From Lama glama (Eukaryota), in NCBI GenBank assembly GCA_028534125.1, contig CM052832.1:15192001-15256000 (forward strand): a stretch of 64,000 bases of DNA, written 5' to 3'. A program made the translations under genes and the position numbers. Shown one piece after another: positions 39,801-51,956 of the stretch. Numbering within the stretch: the first letter of the stretch is position 1; each line of letters starts with the position of its first letter. A model generated the notes under the pieces. It did no database searches. It saw only the letters and a program-made list of their open reading frames with translations, and was not told where the DNA came from.

Positions 39801-42170
39801 AGACCCCCTGCCCACGCTCTTCAGACTTGGTGCCTTCAGTCTTCTCCCTCAATGCAAAAACTCAGCATCTCCCTCTCTGAGGGCATCATCCCCTCAGCTG
39901 CTAAGGGCAGCCCCTTCCTCCCCTGCTGGGGCCCTGCAGTGCCCCCCTGTCCCCCAAACCCCGACACCATGGCAGCAGCTCCAGCTGGACACACTAGCAG
40001 CCTTGCTAAGTCCACAGGATACAGTGCAGGCCTTCAAAAGGTAACCTCTGGGTAGCATTTACCACGGCCACCTGTGCCCCCTCTGCTGACATGCTTTCCT
40101 TGACTTCTGGGACAGCGATTTTTCCTAATCTTTCTCTCCTTCCAACCTCTGCCTTTTGGTAATCCTCCTCCACTTGTTCCCTTCCTGTTCCTGCCCCGTA
40201 AGTGTCAACTTTCCCCTTAGTTCTGGACTAATCTCCTTTTCTGGACTCCCCCTCTCAGCAACAGCACTGGGGGACCCTCCACCTTTCCCATCCCTGGCCC
40301 CACACTTCCCCCCAAGTTTTGGCTTTTTGGCCAGCCATTCCATCTGGAGGTCCCAGAAGAGCCTCAGAACCTCAGGGAGATACCTTTTGAATCAAAGCAT
40401 ATTCAAGTTTGAATTTTACTTTGGAAAAGAAGCCATCGAGTGTTTTCACGACACCAACTCTACTGTGCGGAGCCCAGCAAAACCCTGGCAGGTAGGCTGC
40501 AAAGTGAGCAGTCTGTCCTTTCAGAGCATTCACGGTACCCAATCATGAGGGTGGGAGCTCCCACACTACCCAAAAGGTGCATCAGAATGCGTGGTGGGGC
40601 ACCAGCCTTGTGTGTTCACCAAAAGGAAACATGGGTTTAAGAAATTGAGAAGCCACCCTGGAGAGAAGGACCATGCTGGTCAGGGAGCCAGTAGGAACAA
40701 AGATCTGGCCATGCCTAGGGCTTGTAAAGCTCAGCCATCCCACTGAGCAATCTTTCTGATGGTGGAATTTTAGGACATGCTTCAGGGAGAAATAGAAGAC
40801 CTAAAAGCAAGGGAGCACGCACTTGTGAGACCCAGGGAGGGCAACTGGGCCAGAGCTGTGACCTCCCACTGAGGGACACAGCCAGTGCCCACTTTCCCCA
40901 GCTTCATTCACTCCTGATCGTGGCCAGGGCCTGGACCCCACTGGGAGATGTCGTTTCAGGTCAACCTCCTGTGCCCAGAGCTGGGGAGAGGGGCCTCAGA
41001 GCGGGTAGGAACGTGGCTCTGGAGAAGAAAGTGAGGGAGCAGCAGAAACAGGGTACTGCATCACCTCCACTGAGTCAGCAAACGAAGACAGAGGACCGTC
41101 CCCTAACACTGACATAGAGACCCAGGAAGTAAAGCTGGGAGGACCCGGTGACATTCCCTGAGCCTTTGTAGCCTCCCCTTATCCATCCTGCTTTTGTCTT
41201 ATTACCAATCAAACTCCTCACTAGAGAGAATCTGTGGGCTTGGGCCAATGTAGGGAAAGCTCAGGCCAGATTGGGACAGGATCAACTAGACCGCCATCCT
41301 CCCTCCTCTATGTTGCCCAAGTGAGAAAGCTAGGAGAGACAGGTGAGAAAAGATGAAATATGTGGATCCCTGGGGGTTGGGTTTGAGGAGGAAGAAATCT
41401 GAGACAGAAAGATGTGTCAGACTTTTATGGATAAAGAGGAATGGATCACCAAAAGCCCAATTCAAAAGCAGAACTGAGCAGGTATGTTTCTGAGAACTGT
41501 TACCAGTAGGGTGGTCTGAGGAGCCGTGCTGGGACCTGTCTTATAGCATGGGGAAAATGGGGCACAAAAAGAGTAATTCAATTCGCAGCTGCAGGAGACG
41601 GAAGGACTGCAGAACTACAGCTCAGGGAGTAGGGAAGCGAGTGGTAGACTTGAACTTCGAAGTGGATGGATGTACCCTATGTGCATCGGGGAGGCATGGC
41701 CTCCAGTGTGGCCTTAGGATAAAGACAAGGATCTGGGCCCCCCTGAGCATAGGAGGCCAGTGAAACGGTGGAATCACCAGCAGAAAGCAAACTGGAACCT
41801 CATCTGAGCCTGAAACAGGAAGCAGCCGCTGCACCTGAGACTTAAAGTTCTGGTCACTCTCCCTCAAGTGACGTGTTATGAGGTTTTTTCTAGTCCAGGG
41901 AAGGGTGCCAGGAAGCTCAAGTGTTCTAGAAAGAAGTGGGCTGAGCTGTGCTGTGTGTAGTGTCTTCCAGTCTCTAAGGAGGTGTCAGCAAGGATCATGA
42001 ATCAGTTCCTAAAATGCAACGATATCAGGACAAGGACACCCCTTGGTGCTGGAAGGACCCATTTAGCAAAGCAGGTAGTTTTTCTCAGGAGAGGTTTTTA
42101 AACTGAAAATAAATTTAACATAGGGTTTAGATACATTGAGGACATGAGAGGGTCCCATCAAAGTTATGGG
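36880..42170 (+). mobile_element. Long CR1/L3-type LINE fossil (ORF1 tail, endonuclease, RT, C-terminus), interrupted by later insertions
   Basis: CVYIH..NKMDDLECLVQS (37190-37254) resembles CLYTNARS.GNK.EELE.LVQS; LVKINDC..QP.R; VLHFSQRNYDEM...WRIF; VTSRVV*GAVLGPVL (41499-41543) resembles VTSGVPQGSVLGPVL; KFWSLSLK (41845) resembles QFWSPHLK; 3' GLD...Y. Confidence 0.8.
38955..39360 (-). mobile_element. L1ME-like 3' fragment inside the CR1
   Basis: 'ttttgcctatttcttgaactttacataaatg', 'gaatataccatgatttatttatccatt...tgatgggcactt'. Confidence 0.8.
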
Positions 42171-42489
42171 GGGGAGCGCTGAGAGCCCCGGCCCCAGGGC
42201 CGCAAGTCGGTCTTGGGGTGGGATCAGGGCAGGTGTGGCACTTCCATCATTCCAGGCCACTGTGGAGTGTACATGGCACTGCCGCCTATGAGCTCTTCCT
42301 GAGTATGGTGAACAAAGGGCAGGTGAAGAGGTTTGGTCTGTAAGAAAGCAGACTGGTTTCCAGCAGCCATTGGCCTGATGGTCTCAGCAGAAAGCAGAGC
42401 TCATGAGCGCCAGGCTTGGGAGCAGGGTGGTCCGGCAGAAGCAGTGAGGGAGCCCACCACATGCATCCCTGTCTCCACTTTCTGTTCCA

Positions 42490-43120
42490 GACCCAAGGCC
42501 CCCAGGGGACCCACCGGCGCTGGCTGGGGGCCGTACTGTGGCCCATGATGGCACAGCGCAGCGTGTGCGCACAGGGGTGCAGTGAAGAGAGGAGGAGAGG
42601 GACCCACAGGAGGGCAGCTTTCCACCACTGCGCCCCTTCCCCTCAAGGGCCCTCCCTCCAGCAGGTTTACCTACAGGTTGAGATGAACATGTGCCCTTGT
42701 CCCACCAATCCCAGAAGCAGATCTGTTTCCAGCACATTCTTTCTTCCACTCTTCTACCTGGGGCTGGCTTCTAAGCAGTTTCAAGCTTTTTTTGGCCCCT
42801 TCTGTTATTCTCTCCTAGAATTATCTGCTGCAGCTCGCAGGTGGCCACTCGCAGATGGAGGGGCAGAGTTGCCTTCCAAGTGCTGTGTTCCCTTTCCCAT
42901 CCCACCCCCTCCAACCCATCTTCATCTGAGGCAACAGCGTCCCTGCCCGGGGGCTCTGGCTCCTGCTCCTCACTTCCTGCCGCCTTCTCTTACCTCCCTG
43001 CACATCTCAGCTGCTGCGTTTGTCTTTCTCCAGAAGTTGCTGAGATGGGAATAGGAGATGGAAGAGTCACCCAGCCACCTGCTGACAGGGCTGATGGGGA
43101 CCCAGACTTCCCTGGCATCC
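42490..43120 (+). pseudogene. FN3 relics
   Basis: Acceptor ctttctgttccag at 42490; TTAPLPLKGPPSSRFTY-QVEM; SHLLTGL. Confidence 0.4.
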
Positions 43121-43199
43121 CAAGGACTTAGAGGGCAAAAGGAGGAAAAATATCTGTTCATCAGTAGTTCAGCTCCCCCTCCCACCCTCAGATGGCTTC

Positions 43200-43900
43200 T
43201 GCCTCCAACTCTTCCGGAAAGACCATTCCAGACTCAGAGTGACCCTCTGCAGGGGAAGCCAATGGCCCCATGTCATCCTGTCCAGAAGTTTTGTCTGGAG
43301 TTGAAAAGAGCACAACTTGATTGCTAGTGCTGAGAGCATGGGCTGGTCACGAGTGCCTTGAGGGGACCTCCAGGCCCACTGCCCAAGAGGGAGAATGGAG
43401 ACCAGGATGCTCAAGTCAAATGACAAGATCAGTCATGTAGGGAATGGGACAGAGTGATGACAGGGATCCTAGAAAGTAGGGCTCAATCTGGAAGGCGGCC
43501 GGGGTCTTCAAGTAGAATGAAAGGCTTTCTCCCTGAGATTTCCCAGGAAGGAACGCAGGTCATCGCCATCCACCTCTCTACAGGCCCTTTCTGCACCCCT
43601 GTCCCCATCACTGCCCCCAGACCTCTTCCTCGGGGCTTCCAGGTGGCCTAAAGGATGGAAAGAAGCCATCAGAGGCTTTTGCTGGCTAATGGGAACCCCC
43701 CAAAGGCATGGCAGAACCAGATGCGCCTGGGGGTTACCCTCTCTTTTGTGGGGTCCCATTTCCCTCTGTGTGTGAGTATCTTCCAGCCCTGCCTCCTCTG
43801 GGAGATTCACCCCCTTCTCTCAAGAATATCTTTATCATCCCTCCCATTTCTCTTCACTTCCTCACAATGGCCAAGAGCCAGAATTCAGAGCTGAAGTCAC
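43200..43900 (+). pseudogene. VWA domain relic 3
   Basis: LPPTLP...LCRG; FLPEISQEGTQVIAIHLS (EISQEGTQV at 43535-43561) resembles FDEISPAGIQV / IGTDGTQVAMVQF; RLLLANG...RLGVTLSFVG resembles VLITDG...GV..F.VG. Confidence 0.6.
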
Positions 43901-45379
43901 AGGGAAGTGTCACAGTCCTAGGCAGGGAGCTTCGCAGGATCTCAGAAAAGACTGGCATCTCCCCCTTATCCCCCCGGGGGCGAAGGTAAGGGGCTGGCAG
44001 GGTTGCAAGGAGGAAGCCACAAAACACATAAGCCTCCTCCTTCCTCTCACCCGAAGCCTGTCTCTCTTGGATGGCGCTCTGCTTCCAGCTCTTCTAAAAG
44101 AGCAAGGCTACGCTTCTTCCTGTCCATCCCCAGCCCGTCAGCGCCCTCCCGTCTTCTTGCCCCACCCTCCTGACCATTCGAAGTCCTTCCTTCGGGATGT
44201 TTCCTCTTCCTCCAGGAGACGCACCCCGATGTGACCCGACCCCCTTCTTCTCATCTTCATCTACAGCAGTCCCCGGCACTCCCGCTGTCACCTCCCCCTG
44301 AGGCTCAGAAGGGCGCCTGGCACATAGTAGGTGCTCAATAAATATTTGTTGAATGAATGAATCGAAACTCTGGCCTCAGACTCACAGGTTTTCTCTTTGC
44401 CCCAGTACCGCCCCCACCTAGACAATTTTAACCCCTCCTGAGGAACTTTGTCCCCACTCTTCACTTCTGCCTCCAGCCCAGACATCACCTAAGAAGCCCC
44501 ATCGTGGCTCTCCACAATTCTCTTCTCTCAAAATACTTCTGTGGATTTCATCTCAACCGGCAGGTCCCCAATGCCATATCATGTTGTTTCTTTACCTCAC
44601 CATCAACGTGTTAAAAACCCTCGATTCCCCTCCCTTTGCACTGGGCCCGCCTTGCTGGGCCTCAGCCCTGGAATCGTGTGAACTTTCATTTTTTCTAGCC
44701 TTGCACTTGAGCTCTTCTGAAAGAAAAACGCAGAGCTGCCTGGCTGTTCTATCACAGAGATAGGATTAACCTCTTTGTCACCAGCTAGCCGTCAGGTCAC
44801 TAACCCTTTTTTGCCATTCCCAGAGTTTACTTTTGCCCTCCATTGTCCACTGCTCCCAGCTGGCTCACTTTCCCCGACACATCCACTCATAGTTCATTGA
44901 TAAGAATTGGGACCATCAACCCTGAACTCCCTCCCTGGCCCTCCCACCTCGTGTTATCTGCCAGACCCCCATCCCAACATGCTCCTCACCCTTTTTAGGA
45001 TAATTCCTCCCCTTGGGCTTTGGGTTAAGCTCTTCTGAATGCCCCAGGCTGGCTCTCCAGCCAAGTATCTCTGTCCCCAGTCAGTATCCTGTAAAATTAC
45101 TTCTGATCTGACCTCCCTCTCCACAGCCTACCAATGTGCCAGCACCTCCCATTAGAGAAAAACCTTCCCTCCACTATGCTTCATCCTTAAGCTAGCATCC
45201 TCTTTCAGAAATGCCATTCACCAGAAAACTCCTGGAAAGATCTTGGCAGTCTGTAGCGGGCTTGCCCCTCCTGCCTGCCCACTCTGCCGGGCATCCGGCC
45301 ACTGCTCCCCCGAGTCTAATAAATCTGAGCTCCCAGAGGGCAAGATTCCCTCTTCAGCCCACATCCTACAACCTTTCCT

Positions 45380-45950
45380 TTTCCTTTTTATCACAGAATA
45401 CATATATATTCAAATCATACCACAGAGAAAGTCAGATTGTGACCCCTCTCTTAGCCGACCGTGAATCCCATTCTCCAGAGGAAATGTACATATCCTTCCA
45501 GATTTTTATCTATGGACACACACCTCTGGTTTTATGCACACAAATAGAATTTTGTTTTAAAAACATAAACAGGATCCCAGTGCACAGATTGTTCTGCAGT
45601 TTGCTTTATTTCAATTAATGGATCAACATAGTTGCCCCTCCGAGCACGTGTCCCCACCACTCTTGCTGAGGCTGCATTGTATCCTGTCATATGGATGCAC
45701 CGTGGCTGCTACTACTACAGTTAATGGCTACTCGGGGAGGTTTCCATTTTTAACATTTATTGCAACGCAGCCACAACTATCCCTGCGGGTAGAGCCTCAC
45801 AAAGTTATTCAGGTATTTCTGGTGGAGAGAGTCCCCAAAGTGGAACCGATTTTTTATGTCTCAAGTGGCCCTCCAAAGAGACCGTCCCAGCTTCCCTGCC
45901 CACCCACAGCCCACGAGGGTGTTTCTGCCCCTGCCTGGGTGGGCACCTGA
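45380..45950 (-). mobile_element. L1ME-like fragment
   Basis: 'ggctgcattgtatcctgtcatatggatgcacc', 'ttcctgcccacccacagc'-like L1ME 3' motifs. Confidence 0.6.
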
Positions 45951-46309
45951 GGAAGGTGCCTCCCAATGTCTACAGCGATGACCTTGCTGACTTCTGCCTT
46001 CAAACCCTGCCACTGGCTTACTTCCTATCTGGTCTTCTCAAACCCCCTCCACATCTCAACACGGGCCCATCTTCCCCTGCGGATCTCTTGCAGGTTGTTT
46101 CCTAAGTTTCTCCGTTTGCTTTTCAAGTGGCTTCCTGTATCATCTTTATGCTAATAGGCCTCAGACGGGTCTTTAAAGCTCTCCCTGCAGCTCCAGACCC
46201 CCTCTTTTGCATGTGCCTCCTGGAGCCAGGCAGCCAAGCCATTCAAGTGAACTACCCAATGAATGAGGGTTGCACAGGTGAGTGTGAGGAAAAGGAGAAC
46301 TCATGTCAC

Positions 46310-46800
46310 CCTTTTCATTCATGCATTCTACAAATATTTATTGAGTACCTATTAAGTGCTGGGGCATTGCAAGAGAGGCTGGGGAAAATGGTGAGCCGAA
46401 CCAGGCAAGATCAGTCTTAGAGGGGAGAGAGACATTAATCAAATAATCACACAAATAAATGGATGATTTTGAAGTGTGCTCAATGCCACAAGGGAGTGAC
46501 TCAGGGACATGTCCCTGATGGCCGCCAGGTCTAAGGGGCCTGGGAAGATGCTCCCCAGGGAATGACATCAGAACTGAGACCTGAATGATGGGCGGGCTCT
46601 GAGCAGATGAAGCAGGTCTGCGAAGAGCTCTCCACACTGGAACAGCAGGCCTGGCCAGAGGGGAGTAAGGCACATTCAGGGACCTCAAGAAGAGAGGACA
46701 GAGTTTTGATATTTAGCCAAGGATTCAGGAAGCCTTGGGGTGGAGAGGCAGGCAGTGGGCTAAATCAGATGTGTATTTTGAGAGATTCCTGCTCTTGACC
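46310..46800 (-). mobile_element. L2 3' end
   Basis: 'ttcattcatgcattctacaaatatttattgagtacctatt', 'gagagagacattaatcaaataatcacac'. Confidence 0.8.
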
Positions 46801-46969
46801 TTGCTTGCATTTCTAGCCCCAGGAAATAACAAAAAAATGCTTGTTCCCTGTCTCAGACCACAGGACCTCGGATTTAGGATACACCAATGGGGGAGAAGCA
46901 GGAAGTGGATGCCTTTGCCCTGCCTTTCAAGGATTATCCTGGTTCCACCCCTATACTCTGCCTTTGCAG

Positions 46970-49900
46970 ATGCAACCAGTTCCCTTGGCTGGACTCTCAA
47001 AAGCTTCCTACAAGTCACTAGGGAGAGAAAGTTAGCATCTGGGCCACAGCAAGGGTGGGCAGGGTGCGTTGGCTTTTGACCAATCTACTCTTCTGTTCTG
47101 CCAAGCCCACTTCTGGCTCCCAGAGCATGCTCTTCCCGCCTCTGGGGATCTGGACCAGACACAGATTTCTCATTCGGTGCATGGGGACAGTTTCTGCTTT
47201 TTCATTCACTGACATTTTGTGCCCTTTGGAATCTGGGAACCTCTCAGTAGAGGCTAAGACATGGTGATCCCTGTGGAGAAAGGAAAGCCACTTAACTAGG
47301 CCATTGGCCACTGGCCCCATCATCTATCTAATTTAAATCTCTCCAAATGGTGGCTGACAACTGGCTACTCAGAGGCTTCCATGGACACCATCCTAAACAA
47401 CAGAACAGGTGGCATAGGGTCTGGAACCCCACTCCATCCACCCCTTGAACTTTTACCCAAGAATCCCCAATTATCTGCCCAGACAGGCCACAGTGACCTC
47501 CAGCCAAGGGACTCCCTTGGAAGGATGCCCTACCTCTGTCCTAGAGGGATTGGCCCTTGTCCCCCACCTCCACTGAAGTTTGAAATATATTAGGTGGCCC
47601 TTCTCCTTTTCACAGCACCTGTATTTGATGTCTCAACCTCCCTCCACTAACACAAGAAATGCCATGGCCCAGCCTCCTTCCCTGGCCCTCCCACACCCTT
47701 GTCTGCAGCCTGAAACCCACAGTGTGAGGACTTAAAAGTTCTCCAAGAAATAGGCCACCCCCCGTTCCACAGCAGCTCTACAAATATTAGCCAGCCCACT
47801 GTGACATCAGTTGCATTCACCCTCGTGCTGTCCACACTGACTACCAACCACTAAGCCTTGCCTGACGAGTCTAAGGCACCCGCCCAAGGCTCAGTCTCTA
47901 ACTTTGACCTCGTAGTAAAGAGGGGAATCTCGGGAGGGAAGCACCTATCTAGGAGACCCACCCTCCTCTCTGGACTTTGGTTCTGAAAGGATGGAATGAG
48001 AGCCCAGCAGACCTTTCCCTCCTCCAGAGAACTCCATGCAGTTCCATTCCATTTCAAAGACCTCTGATGAGAAGGAAAGTGCTTTTTGCAGTAACAGGCT
48101 GAGAGATATGGAAACAAAGGATGGAGACAAACCCTTTGGGAGATCCAAGGTTTCAGGAATTAAACGCTCAGTTAACTCATGGAGAAATAGATGTGTGGGT
48201 GATTTCTGGACTCCTTTCACCTGGGCAGCCACGTGCCCCCCCACCAGAGTTCCTCCACCTGCTAGCTGGGCCCCCAGCCAGGTGTTGCTGCTTCCCGGCC
48301 CAGGCTACGTGCTAGCTTAGGGTCCATATGGGGGCTGAAGTGCTAGCAGAGACAGCACCTGGTGACCTCAGTTCACAAACAGAATCTCGGGAATGCTCTT
48401 CGACGTAAAAGAAGATGCAGCCCCAGGAGGGTGCAGGCCCCAGCTGGCCTCTGTCCATATCTTTATTCCATTTTCAAGAAACTCTTCCAATATTTGGAGA
48501 GTAGACCTCAGAGGGTGAAAAGTACTTTTCCTGTGTATCTTCTCAATTCCCAGCTGGTCTCAGGGAGCTGCAAACTATTCATTCAGAGAAGATAGGATGA
48601 ACTCTCCCTGGCCCCTGACCAGGCCTGGTTAGGGCAGCGCCCCCCTACTCCATGGACACAGGAACTAGGCTGCCCCACCCAGAGAAGCCAGCCACCCACT
48701 CTGTCCAGGAACGTAAATATGAGACCCCTCGTTGGCCCCCCCTGAAGCCCTGCTCCTTCCAAAGTTGAAAGCAATGATCATCTGCTAAAGAAGCCGAAAC
48801 TCCAAAGGAAACTGCTGAGAAAAGGAGGCAAGGAGCTTGGAACCCCCAGAAAACCAAGTAGGGAGAGGGTATCTGCCGTGGGTTGGTCCAAGATCTTCCT
48901 GACTTGGAAGGATCTCTGACCCCTGACTTCTGCCCATTATCAGAGGTGCCCAGATCAGGAGGACTTGAACATCACCTTCAAGGCTGCATTCAGGACATGA
49001 CGTTTTCCCAGTCTCCAGGGAATGCTTGAGCAAACAGTCGTCTGCCCACTGGCAGGGGCAGGTGTGTGTGATGCAGTGGGTGTGGAGGGTGCTGCCTCCC
49101 ACTGCTTAGAGTTCTAGGAATCCACAGACACCCCTATCGTGGCAGTGGGCTGTGGCCAGCTGCGCTCGAGCCGCTGTCTCCAGGGGCGTTTCTGTGCTGG
49201 GGGTGGGAGGCAGCTGTCACGCTGCCTGCGCGCTGGGGACAGGGGTAGGACGATGTGTGCAGCCTATGACTCAGGGACAGAAGGAGGGAGGCAGCCCTGT
49301 CACAGCGCTTTCTCCTCTACATCTGGGTATGGGTTTTAGCATGCATTTCTTGGCAAAAAGGCATCTCAGGGCACTGTTTAAGCTGCCATCCCCTCCTCCT
49401 AAGCCTTCTAATTAATATCTACTATGTGAATTATTTATTGAGAACAGATGTTAGAGTTTAAAGAGTATTGCGTGGAGATCCTTTGCTAATCAATTTATTT
49501 TAACAGGTTTATGTAGTTACTGTAAACCAAAGTGGAGATTTCTCTGCTGCTGGAAACTGGTGTTTCTACCGGCTTGTGCTGTGTGTCTAGCTTGCCCCAA
49601 GGCTGCTGACTGATCTTTCACTTCCCCCTGCCCTGGCCACGGTTTCTCCTCCAAGTGGGAGTCTAATTTGTTCTGAAGAAAAGCTTGTTATCTGTCCTTC
49701 CCTCTCCAACCAGAAAAGATAAACATCAGTCCTTGGGTTGGACTACGGGGTCGCTCAGTGAGAACTGGGTGTGGGCACGCCAGGCTCCCAGGCAAGTTTT
49801 CCCAGGCCATGCCATTTAAACATCCCTGGGATCAAGAAGTAGCCTGAAATTCTACATGAACAGGAGCTACAGGGCTAAATGACCCCACCTGTGTCTCCCC

Positions 49901-50420
49901 CCAAGGCTCTTGTCACTGGAAAGTTGTGGAACACTTGCCACCCCAGCCCTAAATCCGCAAAAAACTCTGGGCAGGCCTGCTAAGCACTGGGGTTAGAGTG
50001 TGGGTGATAAAGGATCCAAACAGGCAAAGGTCTTGCTCCCCAGAAGAATTTATAGCCCAGGAGGTGGCCAAGTCTGCATGTCACGTGTCAAGTCTGCATT
50101 TCTGCTCAATCAGGGTGAAGGAGGGGAAAGAGCGTTCTCCCCCAGTGACCTCCTCTTTCCTGATCCCGGGACTGGTAGCAGAATAGAAGGCGAAGAGTGT
50201 CTGAAGCCCAGAGGAACTTCCATGTCCATTACAGCTTCATTTCATCCACCAGCAGCTGCCCTCTGGCCTCAGGGGGTCTGCAGCAGCAGACAAAAGGTCT
50301 AAAGGGCAAATGTAGGGGAAAGGAGCAGGTAAACCATGGCCAGGTGAGCCCCACTGCCCCATCACTAATCTTTCCATCTCCAATACTAATCCCCGTTAGA
50401 GCCATGGTCCACAATCCTCT
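46970..50420 (+). pseudogene. FN3 relic array between VWA3 and VWA4
   Basis: KVSIW..GRV / DL-PDTDF (47.0-47.2 kb); VR-LKFS / VTSVAF..TDYQ (47.7-47.85 kb); APGDL-QFT..NALR-VKEDAAPG (48355-48430); GSLTPD (48910); FSPSDLLFPDPGTGSR / RNFHVHYS (50135-50235); PITNLSISN (50358). Confidence 0.6.
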
Positions 50421-50599
50421 GACGGTTCTGTAATTTAAGGTTCTGTCACCTCAGGGTGAGGGCATCTCCTCCTGCGAGTCCACCTTTACTTGGGAGGCCT
50501 AGGGGAGAAGAGACCCAAGAGAAAGTTTGCTTTGCTTCTGCCCGGAACTCCCCCAGTGGTATCACCGTCTCAGGATCACTTTGTTAGGTGAATTTCTTG

Positions 50600-51589
50600 C
50601 TGTCTTTTATATGTGGCCAAAGTTCATCTGTGGGCCCCACTGTGAATATTAGAGACATGTATCCAGGGAAGGAGGAAACCTGTAGTAACTGGAGGTGTAG
50701 GTTTGCCAACCACAGCGTGGGGCCAAGGAAGGGTCTGTGCAAGGATGGTGGTCTTGGGTGCAGAGGACATTCAAGGACCACACACAAAAAAGTAATCCAT
50801 TTCAAGTAGCTGACACCAAGGTTCCATTTGACCTGATGCACAAGTATAAGCCATCACATACTTTGTCTCCCCCGAAAAGGGACCTGTGATCCTGGAGTCT
50901 AGGAGAGAAATGAGCATCCCTGCTTCTTCCCCAGCAGAACTGCGAGGGGACAGGACTGGGGCTTGGGGCTCTGTCTCTGGCTAAAGTCCAGAAGAAACCA
51001 TGACTATGACCCCAGACATGAGTCTCCCTTGGCCTTGTCTAGTATTTGATAATCATCACTCACCACTTGCAGGGGTCCCTGTGAGATAAGCTCCTGCTCC
51101 CAGCCCCCAACACAGATCCCTACGGGGACCACTGTCCAGAATTCTCTGATAGTTCTCAAATTTTTTTGGAGGCTGAATTTGCTGTTCTTATCTGCTCTTC
51201 TTGTGAGTTCATCTTTTGGGGGGCAAAGTGGGGGACCACTGTCCCAGGGGAGGCCTGGATCTGAGCTTTGAGGGGTAAGGCTCATGGAGTCCCCATGTCT
51301 CCACAGTGAGCTATGCAGAGCAGGTGAGGAAGGGAGTTTGCCTCAGAAGAGGGTCTGGAAAGCATTCACATTAACACAACCTTTGTGTGTGGCTCATGAT
51401 GACACAGTCCTTGCAGCCCTGATCCCCATTGGAGGCTCTCCTGCTTTGTTGCCTTCAGAGCCCTCCCAGCACACGAGTCCCCAATGTTTCTGGAGCAGCA
51501 AGCTATCTTGGGACCTTTTGAGGATGTTCTTGTGGGGGTTCTGTTTCCTGGGCTTTGGGGACCAAAAGTTCTGCCACACCTTTGTGAAA
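50600..51589 (+). pseudogene. VWA domain relic 4
   Basis: LSFICGQSSSVGP (MIDAS-like LVFILDGSxSVGP); NHSVGPR; VQ-FSDS; KRVWKAFTLT...AHDDTVLAA; LIPIG...PSEPSQH; FEDVL...LCE ending at donor A|GTGAAA (51590). Confidence 0.65.
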
Positions 51590-51956
51590 GTGAAAACAAG
51601 ACCAAGCAGAGAACAGCACAGCATCCGAGGGAAGAGGGAGCCTCGCAGGCCAACCATAGCCTGCCGTAGCCTGCCACCCCTGGGGAGGGGGCAACTCCAG
51701 AGCACACAGTGGGGTGGACCCTGAAGCTGGAGGTTCAAGTCACCAGCAAGGACTTGTCCTCCAACTCAAAGACATTTCCCTTTCAACTCTAATCTCTTTG
51801 GGCCACACAGGCAGGCCCAGGGTTTCCTTGGCCCCTTTCTACAGGAAGTTAGCCCAGGCTGATGGGGCAGGCAAGAATATGAAGTCTCCACACATTTTTT
51901 TAGGGAGTAGGAGGAGGTACCTTGGGGACAGGGGAATTTACTGCTATGCCTTGTAG

